Under the pieces are notes generated by a model. It worked only from the letters and a program-made list of their open reading frames with translations, was not told the origin of the DNA and did not search any database. Shown here in pieces: positions 59,880 through 64,000 of a stretch of DNA of 64,000 nt. The DNA is from Callorhinchus milii (Eukaryota): positions 6,696,001-6,760,000 of the forward strand of contig NW_024704764.1 of the NCBI RefSeq assembly GCF_018977255.1. The letters are read 5' to 3'. Position 1 is the stretch's first letter. Every line of letters starts with the position of its first letter. The translations under genes were made by a program, and so were the position numbers.

Positions 59880-62600
59880 TAGTGCCTTTCTATACTGCTC
59901 GTGTCCAAATCCCAGACTGTCCGCCGCCCTACTCGCGCTTAGAGCAGATGTTAGGGACCGTGATTAAAAAACAGGATAGCGCAATCAGCTCAAAAACAAG
60001 GGACAGCACAAGTGCAGTCAGTGCAATGATTGCTTCCGCCCCCCCCACCCCCTTCCAACAGCGAGAGCTGGGACCGCCGACCAGTTACCACAATGACGGG
60101 TTTCGGCCTCCCATATCCTTAAGCAATCTATTCCTTTCGAACCAATTGCGAGTAACAGACCCTTGGTGCGACCCGCAATTAATGTTGGTCGATACTGGGT
60201 CTGTAATCACTTTCCTACACTCCAAGAATCCGCGTAAATATCAAGAGTGCCACTAATTTGAGATGCTCCCTAACAGGTTTCAATGGTAACCAGCGTGAAG
60301 CGGTAGAACTAACTAACTGTGATCTCATGTTTAAAGAAGGGACGTTATCACTAGTCGGTCGATTACGAGAATCAACGCTTATGGATTGGGGATCCCTCTG
60401 GAAATGGGATAATGGATTGTCCTGCCGTGATCGCTGACTGTTTTGCTGTTAACGCCATAAAGAAATTCGAGCAATACTCCACCATTACCTTCCCTAATGA
60501 ACGCGTTGCTACACTCTTCCACAATCATCCAGACGATGAATTTATGGAATTCACTCCCCCAAAAGGCTGTAGATGCTCAGTCCTTGAACATCTTCAAGGC
60601 TGAGACTGATAGATTTTTAAAAAACAGAGAGAATAGGGGATATGGGGATAGGGCAGGTAATTAGAGTTAGGTGAGAAGATCAGCCATGATCTCATCGAAT
60701 GGCAGGGCAGGCTCGAGGGGCCGAATGGCCTACTCTTACTCCTAATTCTTATGTTCTAATGTTCTTAAACGATAAACGGTCCGTCCCACCAACAGTATCC
60801 AATAACTCGGGAAAGTCTCCCGTTTGTTGCAGTTACGATCGAGTCACTGTTGGATCAGGGAGTCATTCGCAAAGGCACGTTTACTGTAAATTCTCCAGTA
60901 TGGCCAGTCCGTAGACCCGAAGGGAGCTGGCACCTCACAATTGATTACTGGCACCTTAATAAGATCACCCCTTCCTGCGCACCAGTGGTTAGTGATTCTC
61001 CTATGTTATTAACCAGTCTGCCGTGGACTGCCCAAGTGTTTTCGACCCTAGATATTTCCAATGGGTTCTGGAGTGTCCCGGTGGCAGAGGAAGACCAGTA
61101 CAAGTTTACTTTTACGTTTGATAACCAGCAATACACCTGGACTTGTGTTCCTCAGGGATTTCACAATACCCCCACCATATTCAACAAGTGTATGGCGACG
61201 ATTCTGGAGGGTGTACGTCCTAATTTGTCAAGTCAAATTGGGAGCCAATATGGCAAGTCGCCCAGTGAACCTGGTTTGGTAGGGACGACGGCCTGAGATT
61301 GATTAACACACACGTGAACCATACAATATTCTAGGATAAAATTGTCACCATGGGTAACAACATTAATAAACAGTGGGGGAAGTCAGGCCTGACAATAGTC
61401 GACCAATATACTGATAAAATAGTGACTAGCGTAATGAAAGAGGGCTGTATGGGATAATGGAGCTCCATCCTGACCCTTTTCAAGGCGCAATCCAGTGGTT
61501 AGAAAGAGATGGGAGGGACCCAAGCTGCCCAATCACGCAAGTCCGCAGAACTTATCCTGCGATACGCTATATATTGCGTCACGAAGATAAATTACACAAA
61601 CGTAGAAAGAGAAGGAATAGCTCATCCAGGAGTAGCCCCAGGAAGGAAAGGATAGTATGAGGAAAAAGTGCCAGACCCTGCAGGAAAAAGCTGAGTAAAG
61701 GTGTCAGTCAGTGGAGACGAGGCAGAGAAAAGATACCAGGAGATGGTGCATGAATTCTGTGTTAAACAAAGGGACCTAGAGGTGTGCCCGGCAGAGAGGA
61801 AAGAGAAGGTAGATCAGCTGCGCCTCCAAGTACAGGAACTGACAGGCATGATAGGCACGCAACAAGGCTTAGCCCAGGTGGCCACTCAACAGAGACACGA
61901 GACGGTTAGCAAAGTGCAAAAATGTGACAACTGCCCGCCACGCCACCATATGGTCCCACCGGTACTGCAGCCGGACTGTGTGGAAATGGTTAACAGCGCA
62001 CAACAGAGCGACGTTGCAATCGACTTAGGATCTCTGCAGCAAACCCACAACCCCTACCGGCAAGCGATGGCCTGGCACAATGAGGGAAATCCCAACCCTC
62101 CTCCCATTGATTGGCTATGGACACATGGGTAGAGCAAACCTCAAGTGATTCGGGGACTAAGCCATTGCTCATGTATGCTCCCACAGGGAAATGCCCGGTG
62201 GTATGTGTACCACCATCTCTTTGGCAGATGAGGTCTTCCTCTTATTTCACTCACAGCCCACTGCCAGACACATAGCTGCTGAGATCACCCTACAACTCGT
62301 TTTGTGTAACATGGTGGCCGTTAGTGGCTGCTGACATTACAACACAGGCACGGCGGTGTCTGATATGTCTACAACACAACCCACCAAAGCGTAACAGCCG
62401 AGCACTACTGGCTTCCGTCCCACCTCCGAAAGTCCCATAGACCCACCTACAGATTGACTTCATCGGGCCGTTACCACAGACCAAAGGGGGTTACAAATTC
62501 TGCTTGGTGATCATCAACAAATTCACCACATGGATGGAGATGTTCCCTACTAAATCCAACACCTCTTTGACGGCAGCCAGACTGCTATTGCATCACTTCC
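59880..62600 (+). mobile_element. Degenerate LTR-retroelement / endogenous retrovirus-like pol fragments (protease, RT, gag-like segment, integrase)
   Basis: Protease LVDTGS at about 60185. RT at 60850-61215 (NSPVWPVRRPEGSWHLTIDY; FSTLDISNGFWSVP; QYTWTCVPQGFHNTPTIF), truncated before YxDD. Integrase at about 62230-62600 (H..H, WWP, CLIC, LQIDFIGPLP, KFTTWMEMFP). Many stops and frameshifts; no LTRs identified. Confidence 0.88.
60565..60766 (+). mobile_element. CR1 LINE 3' end inserted into the retroelement
   Basis: TTCAAGGCTGAGACTGATAGATTT...GGGGCCGAATGGCCTACTC...TTCTTATGTTCT tail. Related copies occur at about 53635-53800 (-) and 54660-54860 (+). Confidence 0.8.
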
Positions 62601-63960
62601 CCGAATTACTGCACATCTTTTGATCCATCCTGACTCATCACTGTTCCAGTACATCCAGCCACTTGTCTTGCCAAGGTTTTCTTCAGCTCCATGCCATTTG
62701 CCAAAAAGAGTTGGTTACAGCTTCAATCAATAATAACTGGTCATCATAATATCGCTTTTGTGCAGCGCAAACTGTAAATGGCGTGTTTCCATTCAATCCT
62801 GTGTAAATTTCTAATGTGGCTTTGCCTAGTACCATCCAACACATCTCTTTAATGCTCTGCACAGCTGGTTCGATGCCATAATGCGCTGTGAAGTCTGCAA
62901 AACAGAACATTCAGGCTGTTAAAATGTGTTTAAAAGCCTATTCCTTCCAGAGTCCATATAAAATTGCCACAATCAATTCTCTATACAGCTGATTTAATCT
63001 CTTAAGAGACAGCTTTTTATTTGCTGCTTTTTTTCTAAAGTTGTTGATAAACACAGTACATCCATTTTACTGGAAATCTCTTCTTCATTATCACTTATCT
63101 TTGTACGTAAAACATTTTACATTTAATTCTACACTTATTCTTTGTATTTTTGCATTTATTTTGCATTCAAAGTGAATCAGCCTCCTTATTATAATAATAA
63201 TAATCCTTGCATTTGATGTAGCGTCTTATCATGGCTTTGAGACATCTCAAAGCTCTTCACAGAATATACTCTAAAGTGAATCGACTGTATATTTTGTGGG
63301 TGAATATGGCAACCGATTACGCATCGATCCATCACACACAGTGATGGATCGAATGGCCAATTTATTATTTTTTATAAAGTAATTATCCAAACCGATCTGG
63401 TGAACTGAAGTAGCAAATAACAAGTACTGTAGTATAAAACTAATCTTTCTTAGTAAAATAAAATAAAAATATGGAAATGCTGTTTTCTTTCCCTTTTACG
63501 TAAAGAGACACCCGGCGCGAATGATAATTTGTTTTTGTATTCACGATAGCAATCTAAAAATTGGGTCAATATGTCAATCTGTAGTGGGAGACAGCTCACA
63601 GCAGAGGGCGATGCATTCCAAGATATGGAAGTGGACCTTCAATGAATCATTTAACAGAGTACTACCTTCCTGTTGGGATAATAATGAGTCAATGTAGTGT
63701 GTCGTGTTGTAATGATTCAGGAAGATGCCAGGCTCAATCATTGGTGGTGCATAATTGAGTGATTAGTCCGCCTCATCTGCAAGTCTTTTTATGCAAGATT
63801 TTTAATTAATTGTAACTAAATGTGTCCGCGATTGTGTTTTGATGCTTCCCAGCAGTGCAATTGAACTAACGTCCCGAGCTCCACCATTGGAGGGTGCTCA
63901 CAGCTGCCTAACTCCAATTTCATCCAGTATCTCAGTGGCAGAATAGAGAACCCCCTGACA
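62600..63960 (-). pseudogene. Possible decayed coding sequence of unknown family
   Basis: One minus-strand frame at about 63545-63955 reads as protein-like with sparse stops (GVLYSATEILDEIG...NYAPPMIEPGIFLNHY...HFHILECIALCCELSP). A second block follows an acceptor-like TTTTGCAG at about 62895 (DFTAHYGIEPAVQSIKEMCWMVLG...). No family recognised. Confidence 0.3.
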
Positions 63961-64000
63961 GGCCTAGGAAACAGCATTTTTACGAAGAAAAATTAATTTT

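Overview
Vertebrate genomic DNA. The repeat content (tRNA-derived SINEs with L2-type tails, Deu-domain SINEs, CR1 and L2 LINEs) suggests a cartilaginous fish, probably a chimaera such as Callorhinchus; this is inference. I assembled five spliced genes by hand from splice signals and reading phase: ADAM11-like (-, first 4 exons), DBF4B (-), CCDC43 (+), MEIOC (-) and a complete 5-exon SUMO1-like gene (+). The order ADAM11-DBF4B-CCDC43-MEIOC matches human 17q21.31 in reverse. The intron-containing SUMO1-like gene head-to-head with MEIOC has no counterpart at that human locus as far as I recall and may be a retained whole-genome-duplication paralog. There are three U12 (minor-spliceosome) introns, one of them AT-AC, in the divergent DBF4B/CCDC43 pair. 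The right end holds a decayed, rearranged retrovirus-like element (PR/RT/IN) and a possible pseudogene. Also present: a palindromic element with a hammerhead-like core and telomeric repeats in its loop, fold-back hairpins inside SINE copies, promoter-associated minisatellites and two assembly gaps. All family assignments come from recalled sequence and were not confirmed by database search.
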